Shown here: piece after piece, positions 18,053-28,533 of the stretch | How positions within the stretch are numbered: the stretch's first letter is position 1 | Layout: every line of letters begins with the position of its first letter | Assembly: GCA_029942185.1 (NCBI GenBank) | Contig: JAOZTK010000002.1 | Coordinates: 1 to 51,173 of the forward strand | Length of the DNA stretch: 51,173 bases | Direction: 5' to 3' | DNA from: Flavobacteriaceae bacterium | GTDB taxonomy: Bacteria > Bacteroidota > Bacteroidia > Flavobacteriales > Flavobacteriaceae | The notes under the pieces: generated by a model | Database searches by the model: none | What the model was told of the DNA's origin: nothing | What the model saw: only the letters and a program-made list of their open reading frames with translations | Program-made: the position numbers and the translations under genes

Positions 18053-19840
18053 ATGATTTTTATGAAGCAAGGGAAAACAGTTATATATCAGGTTTTTACG
18101 CGCTTATTCGGTAATACAAATACAACGAATAAACCTTGGGGAACCCTAGAAGAAAACGGGCTGGGAAAATTTGATGATTTTTCTAAAAAGGCATTGCAGG
18201 AAATCAAAAAATTAGGAGTAACTCATATCTGGTATACCGGTGTTTTACATCATGCTATGATTACCGATTACACGAAATACGGCATATCGAGTGACCATCC
18301 AGATGCCGTAAAAGGTAGAGCTGGATCGCCTTATGCAGTAAAAGACTACTATCAGGTTGATCCTGATCTCGCTGTCGATCCGTCAAAACGTATGGAAGAA
18401 TTTGAACAGCTTATCAAACGTACTCACGATGCAGGAATGAAGGTTTTGATAGATATTGTGCCCAATCATGTGGCACGAAAATACAAAGGTTTAAATAATC
18501 CGGATGGGATTGATGATTTTGGGGCTAAGGACGATCATCATGTCGTTTATAAAAAACATAATAATTTTTATTATGTCGTAAATGAAAAATTTATAGTCCC
18601 GGAATGGAAGAATGAATATTTGCCTTTAGGAGGTGAAAATATTTCAGATTTTGGTGCGTACAAGGAATTTCCGGCTAAATGGACCGGGAACGGTTCACGT
18701 ATGGCACAACCGGATTTTTTTGATTGGTATGAAACAGTGCGGATTAATTATGGTGTCAAGCCCGACGGATCTAAAGATTTTGATGAATTACCGGAAAATT
18801 TCGGTAGAAAAACAGTTGAAGAACATGCCGACTTTTGGAAGGATAAAGACCTACCTGATTCCTGGATAAAATTTAAAGATATTGCCTTGTTTTGGATGAG
18901 TAAAGGCGTTGATGGGTTTAGATATGATATGGCGGAAATGGTGCCGGTTGCGTTTTGGAGTTATATGAATTCTTCTATTAAAATAAAAAATCCGAAAGCT
19001 TTTCTTTTGGCGGAAGTCTATAATCCTGATTTGTATCGTCCTTATATTCATTTGGGAAAAATGGACTACCTCTATGATAAGGTCGCATTTTATGATTCTA
19101 TAAAACATATTGTAAAAGGATATGGCTGGACAGATCATATTCCAAAGGTGCAAGAAGAAATGGCTGATATTGAACATCAGATGTTACACTTTTTAGAAAA
19201 TCATGATGAACAACGTTTGGCTTGTTCGGATTTTGCAGGTTCTGCAGCCAAGGGGAAACCCGCTATGGTAGTTTCTGCGACAATTAGTAGCTCCCCAACG
19301 ATGATCTATTTTGGGCAAGAGGTTGGTGAACCGGCAAACGAAAAAGCGGGTTTTGCTTCTCCAACCCGTACTTCTATATTCGATTATATAGGAGTTCCTC
19401 ATCATCAACGTTGGTTGAATAATAAAAAATTTGATGGTGGTCAATTAAAGGAGGAAGAGAAAAACCTAAGAGATTTCTATAAGCGTTTGTTGAATTTCAC
19501 GATTAATAGCAGTGCTCTTATGGGATATTATTTTGATATTCATAAATTTAATAGAGTACACACAGAAAACTACAATTACCGTGTTTTTTCATTTGTAAGA
19601 TGGTCAAATGATGAGAAATTACTTATCATTTCTAATTTTGATGCGGATAAGAACTATGTATTTGATTTGAAAATTCCGGAAAGTCTAATCTCCGATTGGG
19701 GATTAGCAGATGGTGATTATCACTTAAGAGATCAGTTGTATGGTGAAGTACTATCTATTTTAAAAATTGAAAATAATTTGGGAATTGTAAAGATCAAACT
19801 AAATCCTTTAGACTCTTTGATTTTAAAAATGGATAAATAA
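18053..19840 (+). CDS. GH13 alpha-amylase family glycoside hydrolase, cytoplasmic
   Basis: 595 aa. GH13 conserved regions DIVPNHV, GFRYDMAEM, LLAEVY and FLENHDE. No signal peptide. An alternative ATG lies at 18062. Confidence 0.8.
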   Translation: MIFMKQGKTVIYQVFTRLFGNTNTTNKPWGTLEENGLGKFDDFSKKALQEIKKLGVTHIWYTGVLHHAMITDYTKYGISSDHPDAVKGRAGSPYAVKDYYQVDPDLAVDPSKRMEEFEQLIKRTHDAGMKVLIDIVPNHVARKYKGLNNPDGIDDFGAKDDHHVVYKKHNNFYYVVNEKFIVPEWKNEYLPLGGENISDFGAYKEFPAKWTGNGSRMAQPDFFDWYETVRINYGVKPDGSKDFDELPENFGRKTVEEHADFWKDKDLPDSWIKFKDIALFWMSKGVDGFRYDMAEMVPVAFWSYMNSSIKIKNPKAFLLAEVYNPDLYRPYIHLGKMDYLYDKVAFYDSIKHIVKGYGWTDHIPKVQEEMADIEHQMLHFLENHDEQRLACSDFAGSAAKGKPAMVVSATISSSPTMIYFGQEVGEPANEKAGFASPTRTSIFDYIGVPHHQRWLNNKKFDGGQLKEEEKNLRDFYKRLLNFTINSSALMGYYFDIHKFNRVHTENYNYRVFSFVRWSNDEKLLIISNFDADKNYVFDLKIPESLISDWGLADGDYHLRDQLYGEVLSILKIENNLGIVKIKLNPLDSLILKMDK

Positions 19841-19923
19841 TAGTATAGATTACATATTTTTGAAAAGCAAAATTTTAAGCCATAGTAACCCGAATTCAGA
19901 TTAGTAGGTTAATTCCTTTTTTG

Positions 19924-19931
19924 TATTTTTG
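19924..19931 (+). promoter_or_regulatory. -7 box TAttTTTG upstream of the DUF6165-like/GT9 genes
   Basis: Exact TAnnTTTG, 76 nt upstream of the ATG at 20007. Confidence 0.3.
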
Positions 19932-19946
19932 CTTTATTAATAAAGC
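19931..19946. promoter_or_regulatory. perfect 16-bp palindrome GCTTTATTAATAAAGC (candidate operator)
   Basis: Self-complementary 16-mer whose first base is the last base of the -7 box. Confidence 0.3.
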
Positions 19947-20006
19947 ATAAGGTATTTATCTTGCTTTGTGTCTTAGCACCTTTACGAGAAACATTAATTT
20001 TTTTTT

Positions 20007-20381
20007 ATGAAAATCGAAGTATCAAACGGAGAAATTGTGGACAAACTCACAATTATTGAAATAAAACTAAAGCATATAAAAGCTACAGCTAAACGTAAAA
20101 ATCTTCAAACCGAATATGAAGTTTTAAATGCTGCAGTTGTAAAAATTATTGATAAAGAACACAAGTATTACAAGGAACTTCTAGAAATAAATCAGGAACT
20201 TTGGGATATTGAAGATAGGATACGTGATTTAGAACGTGATAAAGATTTTGAAAAAAACTTTGTAGAGACAGCACGTGCGGTTTACTTTACAAACGACAAA
20301 CGTTCTGAGGTAAAACGTCAAATAAATGAGTTGACAGGTTCCAATTTGGTAGAAGAGAAGTCCTACCAAAAATACGAATAG
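20007..20381 (+). CDS. conserved hypothetical helical protein (DUF6165-like, tentative)
   Basis: 124-aa charged, coiled-coil-like ORF (MKIEVSNGEIVDKLTIIEIKL...) lying upstream of a GT9 gene. The family name is from memory and not verified. Confidence 0.6.
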   Translation: MKIEVSNGEIVDKLTIIEIKLKHIKATAKRKNLQTEYEVLNAAVVKIIDKEHKYYKELLEINQELWDIEDRIRDLERDKDFEKNFVETARAVYFTNDKRSEVKRQINELTGSNLVEEKSYQKYE

Positions 20382-20558
20382 TTTTTGCAATAGAAAACCA
20401 ATCTCTACGTTTTTTTGTTTTAAGAATTTAGTCATTTACTAATGTAAACTCCTAAATTCAAAAACGGCAAAAGCCTTGACCTTGGTCTTTTCTTATCAAA
20501 AACATATTAGTTATAATTAATTATTGTACCATAAACTTAGTACTTTCGAGTCTTTGCG

Positions 20559-21614
20559 GTGAATGAACCTAAGAACATATTAATAATTCGATTCTCAGCT
20601 ATGGGAGATGTGGTGTTGACGGTTCCGGTAATTCTAAATTTAATCAAAAAATACCCAGAAACGCAAATCACACTCTTGACCAAATCTTTTTTTTATCCTT
20701 TTTTTGAAGGAATACCGAATCTCACATTATTTCCGGTTGACTTAAAAAAGAAACACAAAGGTTTTCTTGGTTTGTATAGGTTGGTTCAAGAATTGACTGT
20801 TCAGCAAAAATTTGACGCGATAATAGATCTTCACGATCTTATACGCAGTTGGGTTATCAGTGGTTTTTTTCGCTTAAAAGGAGTACCTGTTTATAGAATT
20901 GATAAAGGACGTTCCGATAAAAAAGCTTTTATCAAAGGAGATAGGACAAAAAATTTGCCACATACAGCTAAGCGATATCAAGAAGTTTTTTATAGAGCCG
21001 GTTTTATTTTTCCCTTTGAAAAAACTTTCCTGCCTGAATTGAAAGAATCTGAAAGCCTTAAAGAAGTTATTTCGCAATTTGGGAAAATCGATATTGGCAT
21101 CGCGGTTTTTGCTGCTCATAAAAGCAAAGAATGGGGAATTGAAAATGTTCGCAAGCTAATCCAAGAAATTAATAAAGTATACAAAGTGCGGTTCTATCTT
21201 TTTGGGGGCGGGGAAGAAGAAGTAAGAAAACTAGATTTATTAGCGAAAGACTACACAAATGTTGATAATCTAGCGGGTAAATTCACACTTAAAGAAGAAA
21301 TACAATTGCTTAGAAAGCTCACGGTCTTTGTCGGAATGGATTCAGGGAATGCACATATTGCAAGTTTGGTGGGAATTCCTGTTATTTCTATTTGGGGCGG
21401 TACACATCCGGGTTTGGGGTTTAGCCCTTTATACCAGCCTGTTGCAAACACTATTCAACCTTCTGAAGCCATCCAAAAAAAATGTGAGCTAAGTGTCTAT
21501 GGAACCTCAAAACAGCAATTAAAAGAAAGTCCTTATTTCTGTATTCAAAAAATTGCTGTAACGACACTTATTGAAAGAATGATTGCTATTGGGGTATTGC
21601 CTCAGCAGTATTAA
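20559..21614 (+). CDS. glycosyltransferase family 9 (heptosyltransferase-like)
   Basis: 351 aa. N-terminal ILIIRFSAMGDVVLTVPV and C-terminal GMDSGNAHIASLVG motifs typical of GT9. GTG start. Confidence 0.8.
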   Translation: MNEPKNILIIRFSAMGDVVLTVPVILNLIKKYPETQITLLTKSFFYPFFEGIPNLTLFPVDLKKKHKGFLGLYRLVQELTVQQKFDAIIDLHDLIRSWVISGFFRLKGVPVYRIDKGRSDKKAFIKGDRTKNLPHTAKRYQEVFYRAGFIFPFEKTFLPELKESESLKEVISQFGKIDIGIAVFAAHKSKEWGIENVRKLIQEINKVYKVRFYLFGGGEEEVRKLDLLAKDYTNVDNLAGKFTLKEEIQLLRKLTVFVGMDSGNAHIASLVGIPVISIWGGTHPGLGFSPLYQPVANTIQPSEAIQKKCELSVYGTSKQQLKESPYFCIQKIAVTTLIERMIAIGVLPQQY

Positions 21615-23007
21615 TAACAGTCTCTATTATATGGCTTAATTGCTTGTTCGTAAATTCAGGGTCTAATAAAACACAACGTAAGTAAACAGTATCGTGTATT
21701 TGAGAATAATTAAGGATAATCTTACCTTTATTAATAATTCGAGTGCGAATTTCTTTATTAATCTCGTTTATTTCCTCTAAGGATTTGTGTTTATATTTGT
21801 TTGGGGTATAATTAAAACAAACAATAGATGACTCAGGTTTGGCAAATAAGGTCAAATCTTTATTTTCCTCAATTAGTGTTGCTAATGTCAAAGCAGCTTG
21901 ATGTAGTTTTTCCACATGTTTTGCAAAACCTAAATTTCCATGGTATTTCCAACTTACCCAGAGTTTAAAAGCATCGGGTCTACGTCCACCTTGCAGTGTT
22001 TTTTGACCCAGGTCATAATCGTAATCCTTCTTGTGGAACAGGTAATTTGCATCGACACTAAAAGCTTTATTGAGTACAGATTTTTCTTTTGTCAAAAAAG
22101 AAGCGGCAGAGATAGTAATACCCATAACTTTGTGAAAATTCCAAGTGACTGAATCGGCATGTTCTATTCCTTTTAGTCGATCTTTGAGTTTTTTGGAAAA
22201 TAAAAAAGAACCTCCAAAGGCTGCGTCTACATGAAACCAAATATTATTTTTCTTTGCGATATTCGCTAAACTTTGAAGATCATCATAAGAGCCTGACATG
22301 GTTGTACCGGCTATTCCAACCAATAGTAGGGGTACACGACCTTCTTTTTTAGATTTATCGATGGCTTTATTTAGATAATTGACGTCAATTTTCGCCTTAT
22401 TATCCGAGGGGATTAATACTAAAGAATCCAATCCAAATCCTAAATAGTTAACCCCTTTTGTAAATGAATAATGTGCTTGGTCGGATATAAAAATAGAAAC
22501 AGGTTTTTCATTAAAAAGACCTTTTTGCTTGCTGTTTTTTAAATAACGTTCTCTAGCCAAAAATAAAGCGTTTATATTAGACAAGCTTCCGCCGGAAGTG
22601 AAAACACCATCTCCTTGACCTTTGCCCCAAATTTTAGCAGTTAAATTGGATACGATTTCTTTTTCAATTAAAGTCATGGCAGGAGCTACTTCGTACGTAT
22701 AGCTGGAAATATTCAAGAGACTTAGAAGAATGTCTGCTATAAAGGCAATGGGTTGGACTTTCCCAAACATTTGATTCATAAAAAAGGGATGATCAAAAAC
22801 AACACTATGATCTATCACCTGATTGATGACCTTTAGAATATCTTGACTATCGAGACCTTTATTTGCTATTGAAAGAGGAAGTATCTTTTCTAGTTCTTCC
22901 GGACTGTAATTAAGACGTAATTGACGGTCGTTATCTGTCTCTTCTAGTAAACTACGCTCTATGAATTTGGTGATAAATCGAACCAAATCATCAAATTGTT
23001 TATCCAT
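21586..23007 (-). CDS. PLP-dependent group II amino-acid decarboxylase family protein
   Basis: 473 aa. SGGSLSNINALFLARE and the PLP-lysine context WNFHKVMG. Substrate not assignable. Confidence 0.85.
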   Translation of the reverse strand: MDKQFDDLVRFITKFIERSLLEETDNDRQLRLNYSPEELEKILPLSIANKGLDSQDILKVINQVIDHSVVFDHPFFMNQMFGKVQPIAFIADILLSLLNISSYTYEVAPAMTLIEKEIVSNLTAKIWGKGQGDGVFTSGGSLSNINALFLARERYLKNSKQKGLFNEKPVSIFISDQAHYSFTKGVNYLGFGLDSLVLIPSDNKAKIDVNYLNKAIDKSKKEGRVPLLLVGIAGTTMSGSYDDLQSLANIAKKNNIWFHVDAAFGGSFLFSKKLKDRLKGIEHADSVTWNFHKVMGITISAASFLTKEKSVLNKAFSVDANYLFHKKDYDYDLGQKTLQGGRRPDAFKLWVSWKYHGNLGFAKHVEKLHQAALTLATLIEENKDLTLFAKPESSIVCFNYTPNKYKHKSLEEINEINKEIRTRIINKGKIILNYSQIHDTVYLRCVLLDPEFTNKQLSHIIETVINTAEAIPQ

Positions 23008-23024
23008 TCTAAAAAATTGAAGTA

Positions 23025-23032
23025 CAAAATTA
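23025..23032 (-). promoter_or_regulatory. -7 box TAatTTTG upstream of the decarboxylase gene
   Basis: Exact TAnnTTTG on the minus strand, 17 nt before the ATG at 23007. Confidence 0.35.
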
Positions 23033-23161
23033 ACAAACTAATTTGAAAAGATTAAAAGAATAATTGATAAATGCGTAAAAACTGCAAAAATTCTTTAAAT
23101 CAAATTCAGTCTGTCAATGTGTGATGCAAATATTATCTATTTTGTTAACTTCCCTTATGGT

Positions 23162-24142
23162 TTAGTTATAAAGTAGGTTATCATATATTTTTATTTCATT
23201 TTTGTCATCCAAATAAATCAGCACAACTTGCAGTTCCGTGTGATTTTGAAGAAATTCTTTTGTTTTTTCAACTCCCATAACCATAAAAGCAGTTGCATAG
23301 GCATCTACGTCGGCACAATCTAGTTTGGAAATTACACTGGCACTTAGGAGTTTGTTCTGTTCGGGATATCCGGTTTTCGGGTTGATTGTATGTACATGTT
23401 TTTTTCCTTGTTGATCTATTCTAAATTTACGATAATTACCGGATGTAGCCATTGATTGGTCGTTGAGTCTCAGGGTGGATTCTATAGCTCTTGAACCATC
23501 TGTCAAGGGCTTTTCAATACCAACTTTCCAATGTTTCCCATTTGGATTAAATCCACGAACCCGCATTTCTCCACCAATTTCAACCATGTAATTCTCAATT
23601 TGTTTGCTTTCAAAAAACAGCCCTATAACATCTACAGAATAACCTTTGGCAATGGCATTAAAGTCGATATATATTTGAGGACGGTCTTTTTTAACTGTAT
23701 GATTGGATAGGTTTACTTTATCAAAACCCACAAATCTCATCAGTTCTTTAATAGTATTTGAGTCTAATTCTTGATCTGTCTTTTCTGGACCAAATCCCCA
23801 AGCATTAACTAAAGTGCCGACTGTTGGGTCGAAATTAGCATTGGTTTCACCATAAATCCTTTTAGCTTTTAAAAAAACATTCTCAAAATGATTGTCAGTA
23901 ATTACTGTAGAATCTCCTCTATTAATTTCAGATATGATTGAGTTAGCATGATAAGTTGACAAGGAATTATTGAGAATAGTAAATAAGCTGTCTATGGATG
24001 TACTGTAATTTGTGTTGTTTTGATATTTTATAGAGAAAGTTGTCCCTAAAGCATCTCCGTGTAAATGTATATAGTCTTTTTCTTTTTGACAAGCTATTAA
24101 GAGCAGGAAAATCGTCAGTGTGATTATTGTGTTTACACGCAT
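23162..24142 (-). CDS. apbE: FAD:protein FMN transferase (ApbE family lipoprotein)
   Basis: 326 aa. Lipobox LLLIAC/QKE. ApbE motifs GDALGTTFSI, AIAKGYSVD and ATSGNYRKF. Confidence 0.85.
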   Translation of the reverse strand: MRVNTIITLTIFLLLIACQKEKDYIHLHGDALGTTFSIKYQNNTNYSTSIDSLFTILNNSLSTYHANSIISEINRGDSTVITDNHFENVFLKAKRIYGETNANFDPTVGTLVNAWGFGPEKTDQELDSNTIKELMRFVGFDKVNLSNHTVKKDRPQIYIDFNAIAKGYSVDVIGLFFESKQIENYMVEIGGEMRVRGFNPNGKHWKVGIEKPLTDGSRAIESTLRLNDQSMATSGNYRKFRIDQQGKKHVHTINPKTGYPEQNKLLSASVISKLDCADVDAYATAFMVMGVEKTKEFLQNHTELQVVLIYLDDKNEIKIYDNLLYN

Positions 24143-24495
24143 AAAAACTATAGCTATTCGTTAGTTGTTTTTCTAGTTACCGAATTGATTAATTTACATC
24201 CTTTCAGTGATTAATAAATCTATCAATGTACACTCCTTTTCATCTAAGAATTAGGGTGCAATACTTTTTTAGCGTCTAAATTATACCCGACACAAGTCAG
24301 CGTAACAACAATAATATTTTATCATTTGGGATGAATATCCCAGGTCATTTATACAAGACAATACTCGATGGTGAACAGCATATGTGCCTGCTAAAAAAGA
24401 GCATTTAAACACAGGAACTTTACTCGGACTGAATAACAAAAGTACTATTTTATATTGAATTATTTTTTTGAGATAAACCAGACGATTTATGGATA

Positions 24496-26778
24496 TTAAT
24501 TATTTTTTTCATGTGCTTGTGCATCGACAACAGCGATTGTGGTCATGTTGACAATTTCATCTACACTTGCGTGAAATTGTAATAAATGCACAGGCTTTTT
24601 TAATCCCATAACAATAGGGCCAACTGATTCTATTCCCGATAATTCTTTCATTATTTTATAGCTAATATTTGCCGAAGCCAAACAAGGAAAGATCAGTGAA
24701 TTTACTTTTCTACCTGCAATGCTTGAAAAAGGAAATTTTTCTTTCATTTTTTTGGTATTTAAAGCAAAATCGGCTTGCACTTCACCGTCTATGACTAAAT
24801 CAGGATAATTTTTATGTAAATAAGTAACTGCTTCTGCAATTATTGTACCGGCCTTCGAATCTGAAGCTCCAAAATTAGAATGGGAAATCATGGCCATTTT
24901 TGGGACAATACCAAACATGTGCATGGCATCAGCGGTCATTAATGCGATATTAGCTAATTCGTTGGCGGTAGGGTTTTCAGTAATGGCTGTGTCAGATAAA
25001 AACAATGGCCCTCTATCTGTTAACATTAAGTTTGTAGCGGCTATTTTATCAACACCATCTCTTTTGCCGATAAGTCTCAACATGGGTTTCACTACTCTAG
25101 AATAACTACGTGAATAACCTGTAATCAGTGAATCTGCTTCGCCCGTATTTACCATCATAGCAGCAAAATAGTTACGTTCGTGCATCCACACTTGGGCATC
25201 TAATAATTTTACGCCATTTCTTTGTCTTTTTTTCCAATAAATTTCTGCAAAGGTGTGGCGTCGTTTTTTTTCATTTTTACTTCTAGGATCGATAATTGTT
25301 ACTGAATCATTAACTTCAAAGCTAATCTCTTTCATCAGTTTTAGGATTGTTTCTTTATTCCCTAATAATATGGGTATGGCGATTCCTTCATCGTGAACAA
25401 TTTGTGCGGCCTTTAAGACATCGAGATGATTAGCTTCGGTAAAGATTACTCTTTTAGGGTTACGTCTTGCACGTGAGGTTAGTTTTTTCATATACTTACT
25501 ACCTGACCCAATTCTTTCGGCTAGTTCCACAGCATATTTTTTCCAATCTTTGATGGGTTTACGAGCAACTCCTGAAGCGACGGCAGCTTTAGCTACTGCA
25601 ACCGGGATTCGCTCCATTAAACGCATATCAAATGGTTTCGGAATGATATATTCTTTGCCAAATTTTAAATGTTTTTCTTTATAAGTAATATTAACCTGTT
25701 CGGGAACGGATTCTTTTGTTAAATCAGCTAGAGCTTTAACAGCAGCAAGTTTCATATCCTCATTGATGGCGGTTGATCTAACGTCTAAAGCGCCTCTAAA
25801 AATATATGGGAAGCCCAGCACATTATTTACTTGATTGGGATGGTCCGAACGACCTGTGGCCATCAATAAATCATCACGTGTTTCCATTGCAAGTTTGTAA
25901 TCGATTTCGGGATTAGGATTAGCAAGGGCAAAAACGATAGGATCTTTTGCCATTTTTTTAAGCATTTCTGGTGTGAGAACATCAGCAACGGATAGTCCTA
26001 AAAACATATCGGCTCCTTGAATAGCATCATCCAATGTGTGAATATTTTTATCGGTAGCGAATTGTTTTTTTGCCGGTGGTAAATATTCCCGATCACTTCT
26101 AATAACACCTTTACTATCCAGCATGACGATATTTTCAGGTTTAATCCCAATTTTTTTGTACAGTTTTGTACAGGAAACGGCAGAGGCTCCGGCTCCATTT
26201 ACCACTAATTGGATTTCTTTTACTTTTTTACCTACAATTTCTACGGCATTAATCATGGCGGCGGCAGAAATAATTGCAGTACCGTGTTGATCGTCGTGCA
26301 TTACCGGAATATCGAGCTCCGCTTTTAATCTTTTTTCGATTTCAAAAGCTTCAGGTGCCTTGATGTCTTCAAGATTAATTCCACCAAAAGTAGGCGCGAT
26401 AGCCTTGATGGCTGCAATTAGTTTTTCCGGATCTTTTTCTTGAATTTCTATATCAAAAACATCGATATCTGCAAAGATTTTAAAAAGTAAACCTTTTCCC
26501 TCCATAACAGGTTTAGAAGCATCAGCTCCGATATCGCCTAATCCTAAAACGGCTGTTCCATTTGATATAACGGCTACTAAATTTCCTTTAGCAGTGTATT
26601 TATAAACATCATCCGGATTTTTTTCTATTTCCAGGCAAGGGATTGCCACTCCGGGAGAATATGCAAGGGCTAAATCTCGTTGTGTTGAATATTTTGTAGT
26701 TGGAATTACCTCTATTTTTCCCGGCATGGGAAATTCATGATAATTTAAGGCTGCTTTTTTTTCTCTTGAACTTGACAT
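24496..26778 (-). CDS. maeB: NADP-dependent malic enzyme with PTA-like C-terminal domain
   Basis: 760 aa. The N-terminal malic enzyme region ([19 protein letters not shown]) is fused to a phosphate-acetyltransferase-like domain, as in MaeB. Confidence 0.9.
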   Translation of the reverse strand: MSSSREKKAALNYHEFPMPGKIEVIPTTKYSTQRDLALAYSPGVAIPCLEIEKNPDDVYKYTAKGNLVAVISNGTAVLGLGDIGADASKPVMEGKGLLFKIFADIDVFDIEIQEKDPEKLIAAIKAIAPTFGGINLEDIKAPEAFEIEKRLKAELDIPVMHDDQHGTAIISAAAMINAVEIVGKKVKEIQLVVNGAGASAVSCTKLYKKIGIKPENIVMLDSKGVIRSDREYLPPAKKQFATDKNIHTLDDAIQGADMFLGLSVADVLTPEMLKKMAKDPIVFALANPNPEIDYKLAMETRDDLLMATGRSDHPNQVNNVLGFPYIFRGALDVRSTAINEDMKLAAVKALADLTKESVPEQVNITYKEKHLKFGKEYIIPKPFDMRLMERIPVAVAKAAVASGVARKPIKDWKKYAVELAERIGSGSKYMKKLTSRARRNPKRVIFTEANHLDVLKAAQIVHDEGIAIPILLGNKETILKLMKEISFEVNDSVTIIDPRSKNEKKRRHTFAEIYWKKRQRNGVKLLDAQVWMHERNYFAAMMVNTGEADSLITGYSRSYSRVVKPMLRLIGKRDGVDKIAATNLMLTDRGPLFLSDTAITENPTANELANIALMTADAMHMFGIVPKMAMISHSNFGASDSKAGTIIAEAVTYLHKNYPDLVIDGEVQADFALNTKKMKEKFPFSSIAGRKVNSLIFPCLASANISYKIMKELSGIESVGPIVMGLKKPVHLLQFHASVDEIVNMTTIAVVDAQAHEKNN

Positions 26779-26857
26779 TTGTATCTATTTTAAAATATAT
26801 TGACAAAGGTTGCTTATTTATTTTCTTGAAATAAATGATAAATGTCAAGTTAAGATT

Positions 26858-27805
26858 TTATTTTGTTAAAAATGCAATATTTCTTTTTAATCCGGAAAAT
26901 TTAGTACGTTTTATAGCTGATTTTTTAAAGAGTTTTGAAAACATTTCGTTGGTGAGATTCTTCCAATCGTTTTTTGTTAAAGTGAGTAAATCAGAATGTG
27001 GTTCAAAAAGTGTTTCTTTATGAGGTAGTGAAAAATTATTCCAAGGACATACTTCTTGGCATATATCACATCCGAAAATAGTGTCCGGAAATTTACCGTG
27101 CATTTCCTCAGGAATTTTATTTTTTAATTCAATGGTAAAATAGGAAATACATTTGCTTCCATCAATTGTATTATTTGGTAAAATTGCTTGGGTTGGACAC
27201 GCGTCAATACAGCGTGTACAAGTTCCACAATGATCGGTGTGAAAAGGAGTGTCGTAATCTAATTCTAAATTGATAATTAATTCTGCTAAAAAGAAAAAAG
27301 AACCTTTATTTTTTTGTAAAAGTAAGGAGTTTTTACCCTGCCAACCAATTCCGGATTTTGTAGCCCATGCACGTTCCATAATAGGAGCGGAATCTGTAAA
27401 AAAACGACCGTTTACTGCACCGATGTTCTCCTTAATAAAATGCATTAAACCTTTAAGTTTGGCTTTTAGTACAGAATGGTAATCTTCACCATAGGCAAAA
27501 CGTGCAATTTTATAAGTGTCTTGTATTTGTATTTCTTTAGGAAAATAATTGTAAGATAAAGAAATTACAGATTTAGCTCCTTCAACTAACAAACGTGGGT
27601 CAAGACGTTTGTCAAAATGGTTTTCCAAATACTGCATTTCACCTTGATATCCAAAATTCAGCCAAGCCTCTAGTTTGGGAGCTTCTTCTTCCAGAAATTC
27701 AGCTTTGGCAATACCAACAGATGAAAATCCGAGTTGTAGTGCTTTCTCTTTAATCTGTTTTGTATAATGACTTTTTAGTGACAATGAATAGGCAATTGCT
27801 TTCAT
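26858..27805 (-). CDS. queG: epoxyqueuosine reductase
   Basis: Two 4Fe-4S motifs, [12 protein letters not shown] and [11 protein letters not shown], plus a QueG-like N-terminus. The ORF track start is 27856. The ATG at 27805 avoids overlap with recX, but the start remains uncertain. Confidence 0.8.
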   Translation of the reverse strand: MKAIAYSLSLKSHYTKQIKEKALQLGFSSVGIAKAEFLEEEAPKLEAWLNFGYQGEMQYLENHFDKRLDPRLLVEGAKSVISLSYNYFPKEIQIQDTYKIARFAYGEDYHSVLKAKLKGLMHFIKENIGAVNGRFFTDSAPIMERAWATKSGIGWQGKNSLLLQKNKGSFFFLAELIINLELDYDTPFHTDHCGTCTRCIDACPTQAILPNNTIDGSKCISYFTIELKNKIPEEMHGKFPDTIFGCDICQEVCPWNNFSLPHKETLFEPHSDLLTLTKNDWKNLTNEMFSKLFKKSAIKRTKFSGLKRNIAFLTK

Positions 27806-27866
27806 TACAAATATAAGGGAAATATCATCAAGAATTGTGTATATTGATTGTGTCACTATTCCTCAC

Positions 27867-27874
27867 TATCTTTG
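27867..27874 (+). promoter_or_regulatory. -7 box TAtcTTTG 4 nt upstream of a candidate recX GTG start
   Basis: Exact TAnnTTTG, followed by ttct and then GTG at 27879. Confidence 0.3.
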
Positions 27875-27878
27875 TTCT

Positions 27879-28346
27879 GTGAAAAACAAAAACCCTAATT
27901 TAATACAGGAAGCAAAATTTGCTTTGGAATATTTTTGCAGTTACCGTGAGCGGACACAACAGGAAGTTGAGCAAAAACTTCAAAGTATGGATGTAAATGC
28001 GGAGACTTGTCAAATTATTACAGTTTCCTTATTGGAGGGTGATTTTTTAAACGAGGAGCGATACGCAAAAAGTTTTGTCAGAGGAAAATTTCGTATCAAT
28101 AAATGGGGAAAAATGAAAATCAGACAAGCTTTGCTTCAAAAGGGAGTTTCAGAATCGAATATTAAAATAGGGTTTTTAGAAATTGACGAAGAAGAATATC
28201 GTCAGACAATTCAAAACTTAGCACACAAACAACAACCTAAAATAAAAGCTAAAAACGAATTTGAACGAAAGCAAAAACTCTCTTTATATCTTCGCCAAAA
28301 AGGTTATGAAATGTCGCTGATTTATAAGTATGTGTTTCCTGCTTAG
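27879..28346 (+). CDS. recX: regulatory protein RecX
   Basis: RecX-like three-repeat helical pattern (ALEYFCSYRERTQQEVEQKL..., ERYAKSFVRGKFRINKWGKMKIRQAL). No ATG is available. The GTG at 27879 or the GTG at 27837 (ORF track) could be the start. Confidence 0.7.
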   Translation: MKNKNPNLIQEAKFALEYFCSYRERTQQEVEQKLQSMDVNAETCQIITVSLLEGDFLNEERYAKSFVRGKFRINKWGKMKIRQALLQKGVSESNIKIGFLEIDEEEYRQTIQNLAHKQQPKIKAKNEFERKQKLSLYLRQKGYEMSLIYKYVFPA

Positions 28347-28533
28347 CACTCAGCATCTCTATGTGCACAAACACATATTATCTATTTATAAAATAACAGT
28401 AAATATAGTAGCTATTACACAGCTACGCTACTAGATTCTAGCTATTAGGTTTGCTCAATGAAAGTTATTGATTTAACCGAATAAGGTTATTAGTTATATG
28501 ATTCGTTTAACAACAAGAATCAAAGCCTGCCTT

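Noticed and set aside
18851-19444. 108-aa and 83-aa minus-strand ORFs inside the GH13 gene, plus the 78-aa same-strand ORF at 18633..18869
   Set aside because: All are embedded in a gene with all four GH13 conserved regions in one frame. They are shadow ORFs, which are typical of AT-rich DNA.
24143-24495. 353-bp intergenic region between maeB and apbE, examined for tRNA, riboswitch or sRNA features
   Set aside because: It contains only a short 6-bp hairpin (tgggat-gaat-atccca, 24326..24341). There is no cloverleaf, T-loop or conserved riboswitch core. It probably holds just the maeB 3' end and the apbE promoter.
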